Shown here: positions 36,186 through 46,621 of the stretch, piece after piece | Numbering within the stretch: the first letter of the stretch is position 1 | Layout: each line of letters begins with the position of its first letter | IMG/VR virus record: IMGVR_UViG_3300031851_002880 | Coordinates: 1 to 64,000 of that record | DNA: 64,000 bases | Reading direction: 5' to 3' (one strand) | DNA from: a virus | Taxonomy: Duplodnaviria; Caudoviricetes | The notes under the pieces: model-generated | What the model saw: only the letters and a program-made list of their open reading frames with translations | What the model was told of the DNA's origin: nothing | The model's database searches: none | Translations under genes and position numbers: made by a program

Positions 36186-37123
36186 AACTGTTCCTTTATA
36201 AATTTATCACGTTTGTTTTCTTTACATACTTGCTCGCAACGTGGTATTCTATTATCCGATGTCCAACTTTCTTTAATGTCTGTCCAAACTTTTCCGTTAA
36301 TTGCTTGCTCAACACTTACATTTGTTAAATTAATATCTGACATATAATTCTGTTGTTCTAATATATCTTCAAATTTATCTTTGTGTTTTCTGCTAACTGG
36401 ATATTCTAACATTTTTGCATTAAGATGACAACAGGGTATTACATTACCCATGTGATTTACAAAAATACGTTTTTGATTAGCATACTTGCAACTAATGCAA
36501 TTAGACTCTTGTGTTTCAACTTTTTTATGTTTTACTCCGCCTGTGTCTTTTCTATGACTAATAATAGTTTTAAATTCTTTAAAGCCTTCTTGCTTTGCTT
36601 TTTCCCTTGCTTCTTCTAGTTGATGTTCATTATGCTCAAAACTAATAAACTGCCAGTTTGCTTTTCCGCCAGCAGCAATAAATGCTCTATAATTTTGTTC
36701 TACTTTTTTAAAACTAGAACCTTCTCTGTATACTTCTGACAGTTCGTCACTGCCGTCAATTCCCCAAACAACTTTGTGATTACTAGGAAGTATACCTGCT
36801 AGTTCAGTCCACCATTTTGTAGTCCGTAAACTTCCATTAGTAGCAATGTTAATATGGCAGTTCCAATCAGCAAAGTGTTTTATAATTTCATGAAATTGTG
36901 GATGACTACACGGCTCATCAACACTACCACAAAAATTAATAATTTTGATATTAGGAAACATTTCTTTTTGAAATCTCTCTTTAATAGTGTCGAGATCTAA
37001 ATAAGTTTTGTTTAATATGTCATCGGCATAATCAGACAATACACGAAAACAGCCTTTGCATTTTATATTACAAAAACTTGTAAGTTCTATATCAATCCAT
37101 TCTAATGTATCAGTTGTCCACAT
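36182..37123 (-). CDS. radical SAM protein with C-terminal twitch domain
   Basis: ELTSFCNIKCKGC; GSVDEP; GIDG; WQFISFEHNEHQ; IPCC; RCEQVC. Confidence 0.9.
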   Translation of the reverse strand: MWTTDTLEWIDIELTSFCNIKCKGCFRVLSDYADDILNKTYLDLDTIKERFQKEMFPNIKIINFCGSVDEPCSHPQFHEIIKHFADWNCHINIATNGSLRTTKWWTELAGILPSNHKVVWGIDGSDELSEVYREGSSFKKVEQNYRAFIAAGGKANWQFISFEHNEHQLEEAREKAKQEGFKEFKTIISHRKDTGGVKHKKVETQESNCISCKYANQKRIFVNHMGNVIPCCHLNAKMLEYPVSRKHKDKFEDILEQQNYMSDINLTNVSVEQAINGKVWTDIKESWTSDNRIPRCEQVCKENKRDKFIKEQL

Positions 37124-38199
37124 TATTCAAAACACCACGGTATAATTTTTTTGCTGTCAGTGCCTCTTGCACTATCTAACTCTAGTAAATATTGTTGCAT
37201 CTTAAGATTTAGTTGTTCATTAAATTTATAATCAGAATAAAACTTTCTTAGTTCAGGCACTTTAGTTTGTTCTAGGACACGTTCAACTATATGCGGCTTT
37301 AGTGCATTTACTTGTAATTGATTAGGCCTAGTTAATTTATGAATATCGTATTTTCCGTTCCACTTTTTTTGAATATTGTTAACTAATGTATCAATATTAG
37401 GTAAGTTCATTGCTTGTACAGTAATATTAAAAAATAATTTCTCGCAATTTAAGTCAACAAGTTCTTGCGTATTTTTTAAGAATTCGTCGTGTTTAGTTGG
37501 AAAACGTATAAGATCGTTAACATCACTCCAACCATCGCAACTGATACTAAATTCTAGGTGATTAAATTTAGATAATATTTCTAAAAACTTTGGAGTATTA
37601 CTTACTCCGTTAGTTTGAATACATAAAATAGTATTATTACGATTCCACTCATGCTTAGATAAATTCTTAATAAATTTCTGTACATCTTTCATATAAAAAG
37701 GTTCGCCGCCAGCAATGTAAATAGATATAGCTTTGTCTATACAATTTTCATATATCCAATCCCAATCAATTTCGTCTCTTGCTTTTCGATTGTCTTCATT
37801 TAAAACTTTGCCATTGTATTTTTTAAAGATGTCAATATCTTCATACCATTTACTACTGTTCCAAGGAGTACACATTGCACACTTTAAATTGCAAAGACTG
37901 CCGGGTCGTATGTCCCAGTGAGTAATTCCTGTGTTGCCTCTTTCAAGGCTAATTATACGTTTGCTAGATTTTCCTGATGATTCTTTTAAAATGCAATCTA
38001 TACACTCAGGACGTTTCCAGTCTCCTTTAAATCCTTCTTTAATTTTATTAATTGCTGGATTATCTATTAAATCTTCAATGTTAGGAACTGTTCCGCTTTT
38101 GTGCTTGTCTTTATACAAGCAACACGGAGATACTATATAACCGCTTGAATGTCTTTCAACGTATAAACTAGTTGTACCTTCTAAACAATTATATGTCAC
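37123..38199 (-). CDS. radical SAM protein with N-terminal twitch/SPASM-like domain
   Basis: N-terminal C…PCC…ECIDC; CNLKCAMC…SSKW; AGGEP. Confidence 0.9.
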   Translation of the reverse strand: MTYNCLEGTTSLYVERHSSGYIVSPCCLYKDKHKSGTVPNIEDLIDNPAINKIKEGFKGDWKRPECIDCILKESSGKSSKRIISLERGNTGITHWDIRPGSLCNLKCAMCTPWNSSKWYEDIDIFKKYNGKVLNEDNRKARDEIDWDWIYENCIDKAISIYIAGGEPFYMKDVQKFIKNLSKHEWNRNNTILCIQTNGVSNTPKFLEILSKFNHLEFSISCDGWSDVNDLIRFPTKHDEFLKNTQELVDLNCEKLFFNITVQAMNLPNIDTLVNNIQKKWNGKYDIHKLTRPNQLQVNALKPHIVERVLEQTKVPELRKFYSDYKFNEQLNLKMQQYLLELDSARGTDSKKIIPWCFE

Positions 38200-39361
38200 T
38201 TAGAACTCCTACATCAATATGTTCTGTAACTACTTCTTTATAGCGTTCGCTGTACATACTTTTTGGTGCGCACAATCCACACCCGCATGTTTGTTTAGGA
38301 CATATTATAGTAGTCATTTTTTTATTTTCTAATTTATTTCTTAAATCTTTAAGTATAATATTACCTTGGCTTAGTTTGCCAATAGCACCTCTTGTACCGT
38401 CAAATTTTGCTTGGCATGTTTGATGGTGAAATACTTGATCAGTTTGTTGTTCAATATGTAAGAAGAACCAGTTTACACTACAACTCCATCCTTTGAAATC
38501 TCTTTTGTTAACAAACTGACTAGTAATAGATTCAGTCTTATTGCTTAAACACATATTACGCATACCGCAACAAGGACGTCCAATAGTCATTCCTAATTTA
38601 TCAGATTCGCTTTTCTTTTCGCCTGCTGCACTTAATACTTTTGATACTTCTTTTTCTTTGTTTAACTTTTTAGTATTATTGTTCCAATAGTTTTTCATGT
38701 AGTCTAATTGTTCAGGTGAATACTTATGTGCAAAAGATGGCTTGCTATCTGCTTCTTCGCCTATAACTCTAGGAACATATTTTACATCGTTCTCTTGTAG
38801 GAATTCACACAAGTCTTTACACTCGTCAAAATGTTGTGCATGAAACATAACATTAACATTAATCCTAAAGTTACCGTTATCTTCAGCTTTTTTAAACTGT
38901 AGTATTCTGTCTCTAACTTGATCTTTTAATTTTTGATTACTTTCGGCATGATAACTTACTGTAACATGTGATAAATTATCAATAACAGCTTGTGCCATTT
39001 TTTGACTCATTGCACCATTAGTAGTAAGTGTCAATGCATTTTGCCATCTGTCTTTGTACTTTTCATCATATGCTTCTTTTAGATATTTTACAAAAGGAAT
39101 GAAGTTAGGATTTACAGTAGGCTCACCGCCTGTGAAACTAATACTAGCACGATCTTCTTTTCTATATTGCATATACAAGTCAATGTAACTGTAAACAAAA
39201 TTTACACTACTTTTTAGTTCATCGAGACTAGCATGAGGACTAAAATTATCATGCCTAGTTACAGGACAATATGTGCAGTCGTAATTACACCGTCTGCCTA
39301 AATCCCAAGTAATTTGAAATACTTTACCCGATAGTAAATTTATTGTATCAAAGTCCATCAA
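38189..39361 (-). CDS. radical SAM protein with Cys-rich C-terminus
   Basis: TWDLGRRCNYDCTYC; TGGEPT; GRPCCG…WSC…TC…CPKQTCGCGLC. Confidence 0.9.
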   Translation of the reverse strand: MMDFDTINLLSGKVFQITWDLGRRCNYDCTYCPVTRHDNFSPHASLDELKSSVNFVYSYIDLYMQYRKEDRASISFTGGEPTVNPNFIPFVKYLKEAYDEKYKDRWQNALTLTTNGAMSQKMAQAVIDNLSHVTVSYHAESNQKLKDQVRDRILQFKKAEDNGNFRINVNVMFHAQHFDECKDLCEFLQENDVKYVPRVIGEEADSKPSFAHKYSPEQLDYMKNYWNNNTKKLNKEKEVSKVLSAAGEKKSESDKLGMTIGRPCCGMRNMCLSNKTESITSQFVNKRDFKGWSCSVNWFFLHIEQQTDQVFHHQTCQAKFDGTRGAIGKLSQGNIILKDLRNKLENKKMTTIICPKQTCGCGLCAPKSMYSERYKEVVTEHIDVGVLSDI

Positions 39362-40754
39362 ATATATCTTTCATCTCAGGAAATGTTTCTTCAAATGTTA
39401 TACCACGCTGTGTGTCACATCTACTAAGGAATTCTTTCATCTCTGGAAGTCGTTGGCTCCAATCTTCACTTTCCATAAAGTTAAGGATGCCATTTAATCT
39501 TTTGATACCATATTCAGCTTGCATAAAGTCTTCTTTAGTAATCTTACCTTTATGCCAACTTGGAACTCCAAGTTCCCAGTTTTCTTCCCACCATGGATAC
39601 CATGCTTCGTATTTTGCTCTACATTTTTCTTTAAAGTCTGCAGGCAAGCTCTTTACATTTAAATGTGCTGGCCAGTATACAAAGTGCTGACTAATGCCGC
39701 CTGCACCAAATGGCCACATGTTAATTTTCTTAAACTTCTGCTCCAACTTCCATTGTATAAAGTCTGGCAAGTAGTATACGTTTAGTGCTTGCACTGCACA
39801 CGCAATAGTTACTTCAACATTATCACTTGTTTCATTATCTAATCTATGAAACGTGTTTACTTGGTTTTTCCAATTGCTAGGATAACGAATGTAGTCATTC
39901 ATTTCTTTAATGCTGTCTATACTATAATGGAAACGTACTAATTTAAATTCTTTCCATAGGTCAAATAAATCATCGCGCCATTCAACTCCGTTTGAATTAT
40001 AACGTAGTTCTAAGTCTTTAGCGTAGCCCATTTTGATTGCGTGTTCAAGTATTTCATAGTGTTCTTCAATAATAAGACTTTCGCCGCCTGCAAAATAAAT
40101 TTGCTGCATACTAGGCATTTGTTCATAGAACTGTTTCCAAAATGTAGGATTCTGTTTATGCCAATTATAACTACTACCGTTAGTGCTGCCTTTGTTATCC
40201 CACTGCATAATTTCTTTGAGACTTTTGTTTTCAACAGCAGGAAAGATTGCTTTCCAGTCTTTGATCCAACCTGAGCTGTCATGTGGACTACACATAACAC
40301 ATGCTAACTGACACTTAGTACCAAAGCGCAAATCAATGTATGCTAAGTTAGGAGGAACACTACCATCTTCGTTTGTTTCTTGCAATACCTTATCCACATC
40401 AACACGCTGACTCCAGTAGTGTGTTTCCCACATACGCTTGCTGCGATGTCCAGCTGCTTCTTCTTTATAACATTTTAAACAACTAGGAGGTTTCTCACCA
40501 GCTAACATTTGTTTACGTACATTCTTCATATAGTCGCTATTCCATGCTGTTTGAAAATCACTTACGTTTAAGTTGTTAGGACGTCCTTCGTCATCTTTAA
40601 GAATGCCTACTTGGCCGCCGTGTTCTTTATCATTAGTTGGACCAACTGAACTAGCGTTTGCTGTACAGCATACTCGCATACTGCCGTCTGGTCTTGTGCT
40701 TAGATGTACCCACGGTAGTAGGCAAAATGTTTCTGATGGTAATTTATTTGTCAT
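39348..40754 (-). CDS. radical SAM protein with N-terminal twitch/SPASM-like domain
   Basis: FCLLPW…RVCC…SCLKC; DLRFGTKCQLACVMC…SSGW; AGGE. Confidence 0.9.
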   Translation of the reverse strand: MTNKLPSETFCLLPWVHLSTRPDGSMRVCCTANASSVGPTNDKEHGGQVGILKDDEGRPNNLNVSDFQTAWNSDYMKNVRKQMLAGEKPPSCLKCYKEEAAGHRSKRMWETHYWSQRVDVDKVLQETNEDGSVPPNLAYIDLRFGTKCQLACVMCSPHDSSGWIKDWKAIFPAVENKSLKEIMQWDNKGSTNGSSYNWHKQNPTFWKQFYEQMPSMQQIYFAGGESLIIEEHYEILEHAIKMGYAKDLELRYNSNGVEWRDDLFDLWKEFKLVRFHYSIDSIKEMNDYIRYPSNWKNQVNTFHRLDNETSDNVEVTIACAVQALNVYYLPDFIQWKLEQKFKKINMWPFGAGGISQHFVYWPAHLNVKSLPADFKEKCRAKYEAWYPWWEENWELGVPSWHKGKITKEDFMQAEYGIKRLNGILNFMESEDWSQRLPEMKEFLSRCDTQRGITFEETFPEMKDIFDGL

Positions 40755-41742
40755 TTAGTTTCTCAAATCGGTGTGTTGCAACTTTATTTTGTTTACAATT
40801 TTCTGTGCATTTCGAAAATTTTTCGTTCATGATAGCAGTATATAAGTTACTATACCAGTCACTGTTGTAGATATCTTGTATACTATTTGATCCGTTTAAC
40901 CTGTGTTGGTTAGGACTATAAAATTTACTATAATCTTTTAGATTTTTAAATCCGAACTTAGTTCCCCACCAGCAGCAAGGAAGAACATAACCGTGGTATG
41001 TAATATATACACCATGGCCGTCTATACTTCTAGTAAGACATTTTGGTGCCATTATTGATGAAATTATCTTTGGTGTTACTTTCTTATCAATATTGTGTTT
41101 TGTTTTGCCAACATTAGGTCTAGGACTTCCTATAAACTTTACTTTAGAAAATCCTTCACTAGTTGCATAATCTTCAACTAGATGTGCTTGATGTTCATTG
41201 TGTGCAAAATATATAAATTGCCAAACTGCGTCTCCGCCGTGTGCTATGTATGTTCTATAATTTTCTTGTACTCTATCCCAAACAACATTTATCCTATAAA
41301 GATGATTAGTATCTTCAAAGCCATCAAGGCCCCATGTTACATTGAGACGGTTGTTTGATTCTGCAGATATTTGTCCTAGCTCTTTCCAAAATTCTTTATT
41401 GCGTGTTCCGCCGTTGGTAGAAATAGATATCCTAGGTTTCGTAGGAAATAGATCATCACTAGATAGAATCCACTTTACAATTTCAATTAGATCAGGATTA
41501 GTTGTTGCTTCGTCGTAGTTACCGCACATATGTATATGTGTTAAACTTGACCAAGTGTCTTTATCAAACCAACTTTTAAATTGTTCTAAACTTATGTACG
41601 TATCATTTAATGTAATAGGATACATCTCATCTTTCCACTTATCGACCTTTGACCTTGCACAAGCCGGACAAGCAGCATTACAATAGTTAGACATTTCAAT
41701 TTGAACTTTAACTTGATCTTTAACTAAAACTTTCCAACTCAT
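40744..41742 (-). CDS. radical SAM protein with C-terminal twitch domain
   Basis: EMSNYCNAACPAC; GNYDE; GLDG…TNHLYR; LPCC; KCTENC. Confidence 0.9.
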   Translation of the reverse strand: MSWKVLVKDQVKVQIEMSNYCNAACPACARSKVDKWKDEMYPITLNDTYISLEQFKSWFDKDTWSSLTHIHMCGNYDEATTNPDLIEIVKWILSSDDLFPTKPRISISTNGGTRNKEFWKELGQISAESNNRLNVTWGLDGFEDTNHLYRINVVWDRVQENYRTYIAHGGDAVWQFIYFAHNEHQAHLVEDYATSEGFSKVKFIGSPRPNVGKTKHNIDKKVTPKIISSIMAPKCLTRSIDGHGVYITYHGYVLPCCWWGTKFGFKNLKDYSKFYSPNQHRLNGSNSIQDIYNSDWYSNLYTAIMNEKFSKCTENCKQNKVATHRFEKLNDK

Positions 41743-42788
41743 TTTTGTTCTACTATTTCGTTTTGATATGCTTTATTGTATGCGCATGTTCTTATACAAC
41801 GCTCTATATGTTTATTGTGTTTAGGGTTCCAGCTTTCCTCAAGTACATTCATATAGTAAGGTTGTTGCATAACTTCTTCTATAGATTGTGTTTTTAAACT
41901 ATTCCAGCTGTCAGGATAATCACTAAGTTTTTCTGATATATTGTCTATATCTTTAAATGCGCTATCCCATAAAAAACAACACGGCCACATTTGTTGTTGT
42001 GCATTAATAAATATTTCACCTTCGTGTACATACTTACATGAAATTGTATTAATGATACTATTGTCAACTTCATTATTAGCAATTAGTTTATCTAACTTGT
42101 AAACTTCATCTTTACGTTTATGTTCGTTCTTACCTGTAGTAGTAATTACTTTTGTTTCTTTATTATTTTTCTTACCAATACGAGATATCCATTGATGATA
42201 ACTGTTACGCATTCCTGTGCGAGTAGCAAATTTAAATCCTAAACGTTTAGCATGTTGTTTTGCTATATCAAGTTCATATTCGTTATGATCAAAAACAATA
42301 AAGACCCATTGTGCTCTGTGAGTATATTCTCCAACTGTTTCACAAAATGCATTTATATTTCTTTCAAGAACACTCCATTTAGTGTTTACTCTATAAATAT
42401 GATTTGTTTCTTTATGACCGTCAATACACCATTGCACGAAAAACTTTTGACGATACTGGTTTGCTAGTTTACCTATTCTACGCCACATGTCTGCTGTACC
42501 TACAGCACCGTTTGTACTAATGCTTGCTTTTCCGCCATGTTGTAATATGTATTCTACCATATCAGCAAACTGAGGATGTATTGCTGGATCGCCTAATACA
42601 CCACAAAATTTAAATTCTTTATCTGCTATATGATTAGTAGTAGGAAATATTCTCTGCAGATCTTGCAGTGAAAAACTGTTTATTCTCAGCAAATCATTCC
42701 AAATTGTTCTAGCACAACCTGGACAGGCTGCATTGCAATCGCTGGTAATTTCTAGTTCAATTTTTTTAACATCATTAATTGTAAGCAT
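41739..42788 (-). CDS. radical SAM protein with C-terminal twitch domain
   Basis: EITSDCNAACPGC; GVLGDP; CIDG…TNHIYR; WPCC; RCIRTC. Confidence 0.9.
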   Translation of the reverse strand: MLTINDVKKIELEITSDCNAACPGCARTIWNDLLRINSFSLQDLQRIFPTTNHIADKEFKFCGVLGDPAIHPQFADMVEYILQHGGKASISTNGAVGTADMWRRIGKLANQYRQKFFVQWCIDGHKETNHIYRVNTKWSVLERNINAFCETVGEYTHRAQWVFIVFDHNEYELDIAKQHAKRLGFKFATRTGMRNSYHQWISRIGKKNNKETKVITTTGKNEHKRKDEVYKLDKLIANNEVDNSIINTISCKYVHEGEIFINAQQQMWPCCFLWDSAFKDIDNISEKLSDYPDSWNSLKTQSIEEVMQQPYYMNVLEESWNPKHNKHIERCIRTCAYNKAYQNEIVEQK

Positions 42789-42796
42789 AACTGTAC

Positions 42797-43861
42797 TTAT
42801 TTGAACTGTTCAGCAAAAGGATCAAACTCGGCACCGCATTTCATTGCACATACTTTTAACTTGCCATCACCACAACTGGGCTTTGACCAACTTTCTTGTA
42901 TTCGATCAAATGTTCCTGTAGCAAATACTGCCTCTAGGCCGTTTCGAGCATTAAGTGCTTCTTTATCAATAAAGTCCCATATCTGTTCTACTTTAGGATC
43001 CTTGTGCCACCATTTGTACATACGTCCAGCAGTCCAACAGCATGGCATTGCTAGACCCTCTGCTGTTATGAATAAGCTATTATCTTTCTTTACTTTACAA
43101 ATGATAGGGGCTGCATCATAGTAAGCGTCCATAGTACCGTACTTGTTTATAATTACATCTTGTTTGCTAAGAGCTTTATTTTGATATTTTGCATCTGGTT
43201 TTTTAAGTTCTGCTGACTTGTTACCTTTACGATCTACTGCTTGATGAGATTCTTTCTTTTTTGAATCTTGTGTAATAAAGCGTCCAGTCTTTTTCTTCAT
43301 AAACTTTTCGCAGCCCCATTCGTTAGCAAGTGCTTCCGCTTCTTCAACTTGGTGTTGATTGTGTTCAAAAATTAAAAAGTCCCAACGTGCTCTGCCACCT
43401 GCTGCAATAAACGCTCGCATGTTGCGTTCTACATTATCCCATACAACTCCTTGGCGATATAAATGATTAGTGTCACGCAAACCGTCCACACTAAATATGA
43501 CGGAGCCCATCCTTCCAAAAACTTCAGCCAGCTGTCTCCACCACTTTTCATTTTTTGCCCCTGCGTTTGTATTCATACTTAGCCACATATTAGGATTGTG
43601 TAATCTAAAATATTGAAATATTTCTAATGTGTCTTTAGCAACGATAGGATCTCCCAAGTTGCCACACATATACATTGTATCTAATTGTGCAATAAATTCT
43701 TTTGTAAAAATATTTTTGCAATCGTCTAATGATAGTTCATCTAAATTAATGTGCGGATTTAATCCTTCGCCGTTCATATTACGGTCACACATTGGACAAT
43801 TGGCTTGGCAGTTTTGTGTAACCTCAAGGTGTATTGTTTTTATATCTTCGTATCTATACAT
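42797..43861 (-). CDS. radical SAM protein with C-terminal twitch domain
   Basis: EVTQNCQANCPMC; GNLGDP; SVDG…TNHLYR; MPCC; VCAMKC. Confidence 0.9.
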   Translation of the reverse strand: MYRYEDIKTIHLEVTQNCQANCPMCDRNMNGEGLNPHINLDELSLDDCKNIFTKEFIAQLDTMYMCGNLGDPIVAKDTLEIFQYFRLHNPNMWLSMNTNAGAKNEKWWRQLAEVFGRMGSVIFSVDGLRDTNHLYRQGVVWDNVERNMRAFIAAGGRARWDFLIFEHNQHQVEEAEALANEWGCEKFMKKKTGRFITQDSKKKESHQAVDRKGNKSAELKKPDAKYQNKALSKQDVIINKYGTMDAYYDAAPIICKVKKDNSLFITAEGLAMPCCWTAGRMYKWWHKDPKVEQIWDFIDKEALNARNGLEAVFATGTFDRIQESWSKPSCGDGKLKVCAMKCGAEFDPFAEQFK

Positions 43862-44078
43862 CCATTATCAACTTTACATCTTTACCAGGACCAACTTTAC
43901 TAGGCAGGTTGCCGTACTGTTCAACATACCATTCGATTACAGCCTTGTACCAGTTTTGACTGTTATGATGTGCTACTTTATTGAACTGCCAAATATTATT
44001 ATTGGTTGCTTGCATTGTACTCAATGCCCTAGCACTCTCTGTTTGCAGTTCTCTTACACTTAGTTCATTTATATCCAA
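43854..44078 (-). CDS. hypothetical protein (74 aa)
   Basis: Overlaps both neighbours in the operon. Confidence 0.7.
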   Translation of the reverse strand: MDINELSVRELQTESARALSTMQATNNNIWQFNKVAHHNSQNWYKAVIEWYVEQYGNLPSKVGPGKDVKLIMDV

Positions 44079-44979
44079 TTAACATAAACCTCTTGTACTT
44101 GGGCAGTTCTAGTTCACCTGCATATAACGGACCTGTCATACGTGCCATGTTGCCAAACTCTTTGATGTCTTTAACACAATTAACATGTTCTTCTACTTCA
44201 TAATAATTATTACTTTGTAGAACTACTAATTTATCGTTTGGTATTAGATCATACCATTCTGAAAAGTTTTCTATGTGTTCGCAACTTGTGTTTATAATAG
44301 TATTAGGACTATCTGTAATTGGATAGCTCATTCTATTGTTTGCGTTACTCCAATACTGCCATGTATGCTCATTATAATCAATATCCATTATATCTTGTGT
44401 AATACTTTTAAATCGCCATTGATCTACAAACCAAGGCTTGTTAAATACTTCAGCAATATCTACACAGCTAGGATCAATGTCGAAAGATCTAACTTTATCT
44501 ACTTTAATGTTACTCTCAAATAACATTGTAGCTAGTGTAGCGTACCAACCTGCACACAAGAATACTGTGCCTAAATCAACCTTAAGTTTTCTAAGTTCTT
44601 TTACTAACCACAGTTTACTTTGTAATTGCCCTCTAGAAAAACAATCGTCCCAAATATTTGTTTCATTAACAAAAAAACTTTTGAATGCTGCTATAAATTG
44701 AGTGTCAGCGTAACAATCTAGGGTGGGCCAAAGTTTCCATGTATTGTCTTCTAGTACAAGTTTCCTTAAATCATCGTTGTTACACAATCTAAAGATACTA
44801 TGCAAATTTTGTTCTAGCACTGCTTTACGTAATTCTTCAATATCTCCAGATACATGATTAGGCATTAGTCTAAATATACTGCTGATATCTTGGTCAATAT
44901 ATGCTCTACGTAGATCTGCTAATTTGCTATTAGTAGGATACAGTAGTTCAAACCTATCTAATAACTCATGTGTCTTCAT
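44065..44979 (-). CDS. SAM-dependent methyltransferase-like protein
   Basis: ATG 44979 after AGGAG; FSRGQLQSK, LCAGWY, SFDID, INTSCEH, LQSN, RFMLIG Rossmann-MTase-like pattern. Confidence 0.62.
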   Translation of the reverse strand: MKTHELLDRFELLYPTNSKLADLRRAYIDQDISSIFRLMPNHVSGDIEELRKAVLEQNLHSIFRLCNNDDLRKLVLEDNTWKLWPTLDCYADTQFIAAFKSFFVNETNIWDDCFSRGQLQSKLWLVKELRKLKVDLGTVFLCAGWYATLATMLFESNIKVDKVRSFDIDPSCVDIAEVFNKPWFVDQWRFKSITQDIMDIDYNEHTWQYWSNANNRMSYPITDSPNTIINTSCEHIENFSEWYDLIPNDKLVVLQSNNYYEVEEHVNCVKDIKEFGNMARMTGPLYAGELELPKYKRFMLIGYK

Positions 44980-46603
44980 TAAACTTCTCCTGAAGCCAAT
45001 CAAAGTCATTTATTTTTTTAAGTGCTTCACTATTGCCTTGGCTTGCTGTTCCGTAAGCAGACCCTTGTCTAGCGCCTTTGATAGCCCATTCTCCGTAAGG
45101 ACGCTCTTTCCCCACTGTCGTCCAGGTAAGTAAACGGTCATCTGTTTCTTCATTCTTTTGCCTATCAATTACTTTACTAGAAAGTTTACAACATTCTCTA
45201 AATGCACCTTTCCAGGTGCTATATGGATCTGTGTTAAAATTAGTTATACAACTAATATCCGGCATTGCTTTAAACTTTTCTGATATACTAGTTGTCATAT
45301 CAGGCTTACTAGTATCCATGTTAAGCGTAAGCTCTCTTGGCAATAGCTTTACGCCGCCGTATCCGTATACTAGATCGTTTATAGGATTTATACTACGCCA
45401 TACATGTACAAAGCCTTCTTGTCCTTTATAACGGAAATCAAAACTATCTACTATTGTAGCATCGCCGTCTACAACAAAAAATAAGTCAGTAGTACACAAT
45501 TTAGCTGCTTCAATGTGTGCTTGATGTATGCCTTTGACTCCGTGTATACGTTGCGCTCTTGGAAAACGTTCTTTCAAGTTTTCCCAGTTTTCATCAGCAT
45601 TAGGTTCATTATAACTTATAAACACAATATCATAATCTTTAACTTTAGGATAACTTGCTACTGTTGCATGTTCTTTGCGCTGAGACACAAATCTATAGTC
45701 AAACTCTTTTTGTGTAATAGGATTATGTTTACTGCATAACACAATGCCATCAAAGTGATCTCCATTTAAGAACACATGATTTATTGTTCTGTCGTATTCG
45801 TTATCATGTGAAAAATACATATCAAATTTGAATGCCTTTTCAACTTGTACTCTTTCAGGTACCATCCAAAACATTTCTGTCTTGCTCATCTTTAGTGCTT
45901 TGAGATAGTCTACATATGTAACAACTTCAAACTTTTCGTATTCGCAAGGTCCACTTGCTGTTATTTCCCACTCTTTTCTGTTTACAATAAACTTGTAATC
46001 TACTTGCTTTTTGTTAAGCTGCTTATGTATTGAACATAGGAAGACACCATTATATAATTCTTTACCTTCAACACTATGCACAAACGCATGATTTTCTCGC
46101 CTATCATAACTGTTATGATGACTAAAGTAAAATCCAAGATCAAAGCTAGGATTAATTGTCAAGTTTCTGCTTACTACCCAAAATAGTTCTGTAGTAGTTT
46201 GTTCAAATGCACGTTCGTATTCTTCAAATGTGTCTACATAGAAAAAATCGTACTGCTTGGGTACACTTATTTGTATGTCAACTTCTTTTTTGTTTACAAA
46301 AAATCTATGCTGTAGTTCCTTTTCTCTTATTTCTAAACGCTTTGGAAATAAGTTAATACCATCGTAATGTTCGCCGTTTTTAAAAAGATGAACGTATTCA
46401 TTACTCCATGCATCAGGTACATAGTCAAAATCAAAATCGTCAAGTACTATTACGTCACTAGGTATGTACCAAAAGAATTTGGTAAAGGCTCTTTTTTGTG
46501 CTTGTTTAAAGCCGTCGCACTTTTTTACAGTAGGAAATTTAGATTTAAGTGTTTCATACTGTTCTGCATTTTTGTCATTTAGTTGATAGAATATATCATA
46601 CAT
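44966..46603 (-). CDS. GT-A-like glycosyltransferase with three degenerate N-terminal repeats
   Basis: C-terminal domain FISYNEPNA…HGVKGI…FFVVDGD…YGGVKL…GAFRE; three upstream FW…F-x-F…H-x-F…G-x2-L modules. Confidence 0.7.
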   Translation of the reverse strand: MYDIFYQLNDKNAEQYETLKSKFPTVKKCDGFKQAQKRAFTKFFWYIPSDVIVLDDFDFDYVPDAWSNEYVHLFKNGEHYDGINLFPKRLEIREKELQHRFFVNKKEVDIQISVPKQYDFFYVDTFEEYERAFEQTTTELFWVVSRNLTINPSFDLGFYFSHHNSYDRRENHAFVHSVEGKELYNGVFLCSIHKQLNKKQVDYKFIVNRKEWEITASGPCEYEKFEVVTYVDYLKALKMSKTEMFWMVPERVQVEKAFKFDMYFSHDNEYDRTINHVFLNGDHFDGIVLCSKHNPITQKEFDYRFVSQRKEHATVASYPKVKDYDIVFISYNEPNADENWENLKERFPRAQRIHGVKGIHQAHIEAAKLCTTDLFFVVDGDATIVDSFDFRYKGQEGFVHVWRSINPINDLVYGYGGVKLLPRELTLNMDTSKPDMTTSISEKFKAMPDISCITNFNTDPYSTWKGAFRECCKLSSKVIDRQKNEETDDRLLTWTTVGKERPYGEWAIKGARQGSAYGTASQGNSEALKKINDFDWLQEKFNEDT

Positions 46604-46608
46604 ATCTT

Positions 46609-46617
46609 ATTATAACA
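46609..46617 (-). promoter_or_regulatory. extended -10 promoter, likely leaderless
   Basis: Minus strand TGTTATAAT ends 5 nt before ATG 46603; no RBS in between. Confidence 0.5.
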
Positions 46618-46621
46618 CAGA

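Noticed and set aside
36182-43861. Interpretation as a classical RiPP (ranthipeptide/sactipeptide) cluster
   Set aside because: No Cys-rich or leader-core precursor peptide, RRE domain, peptidase or ABC exporter recognised in the window; cannot be excluded outside it
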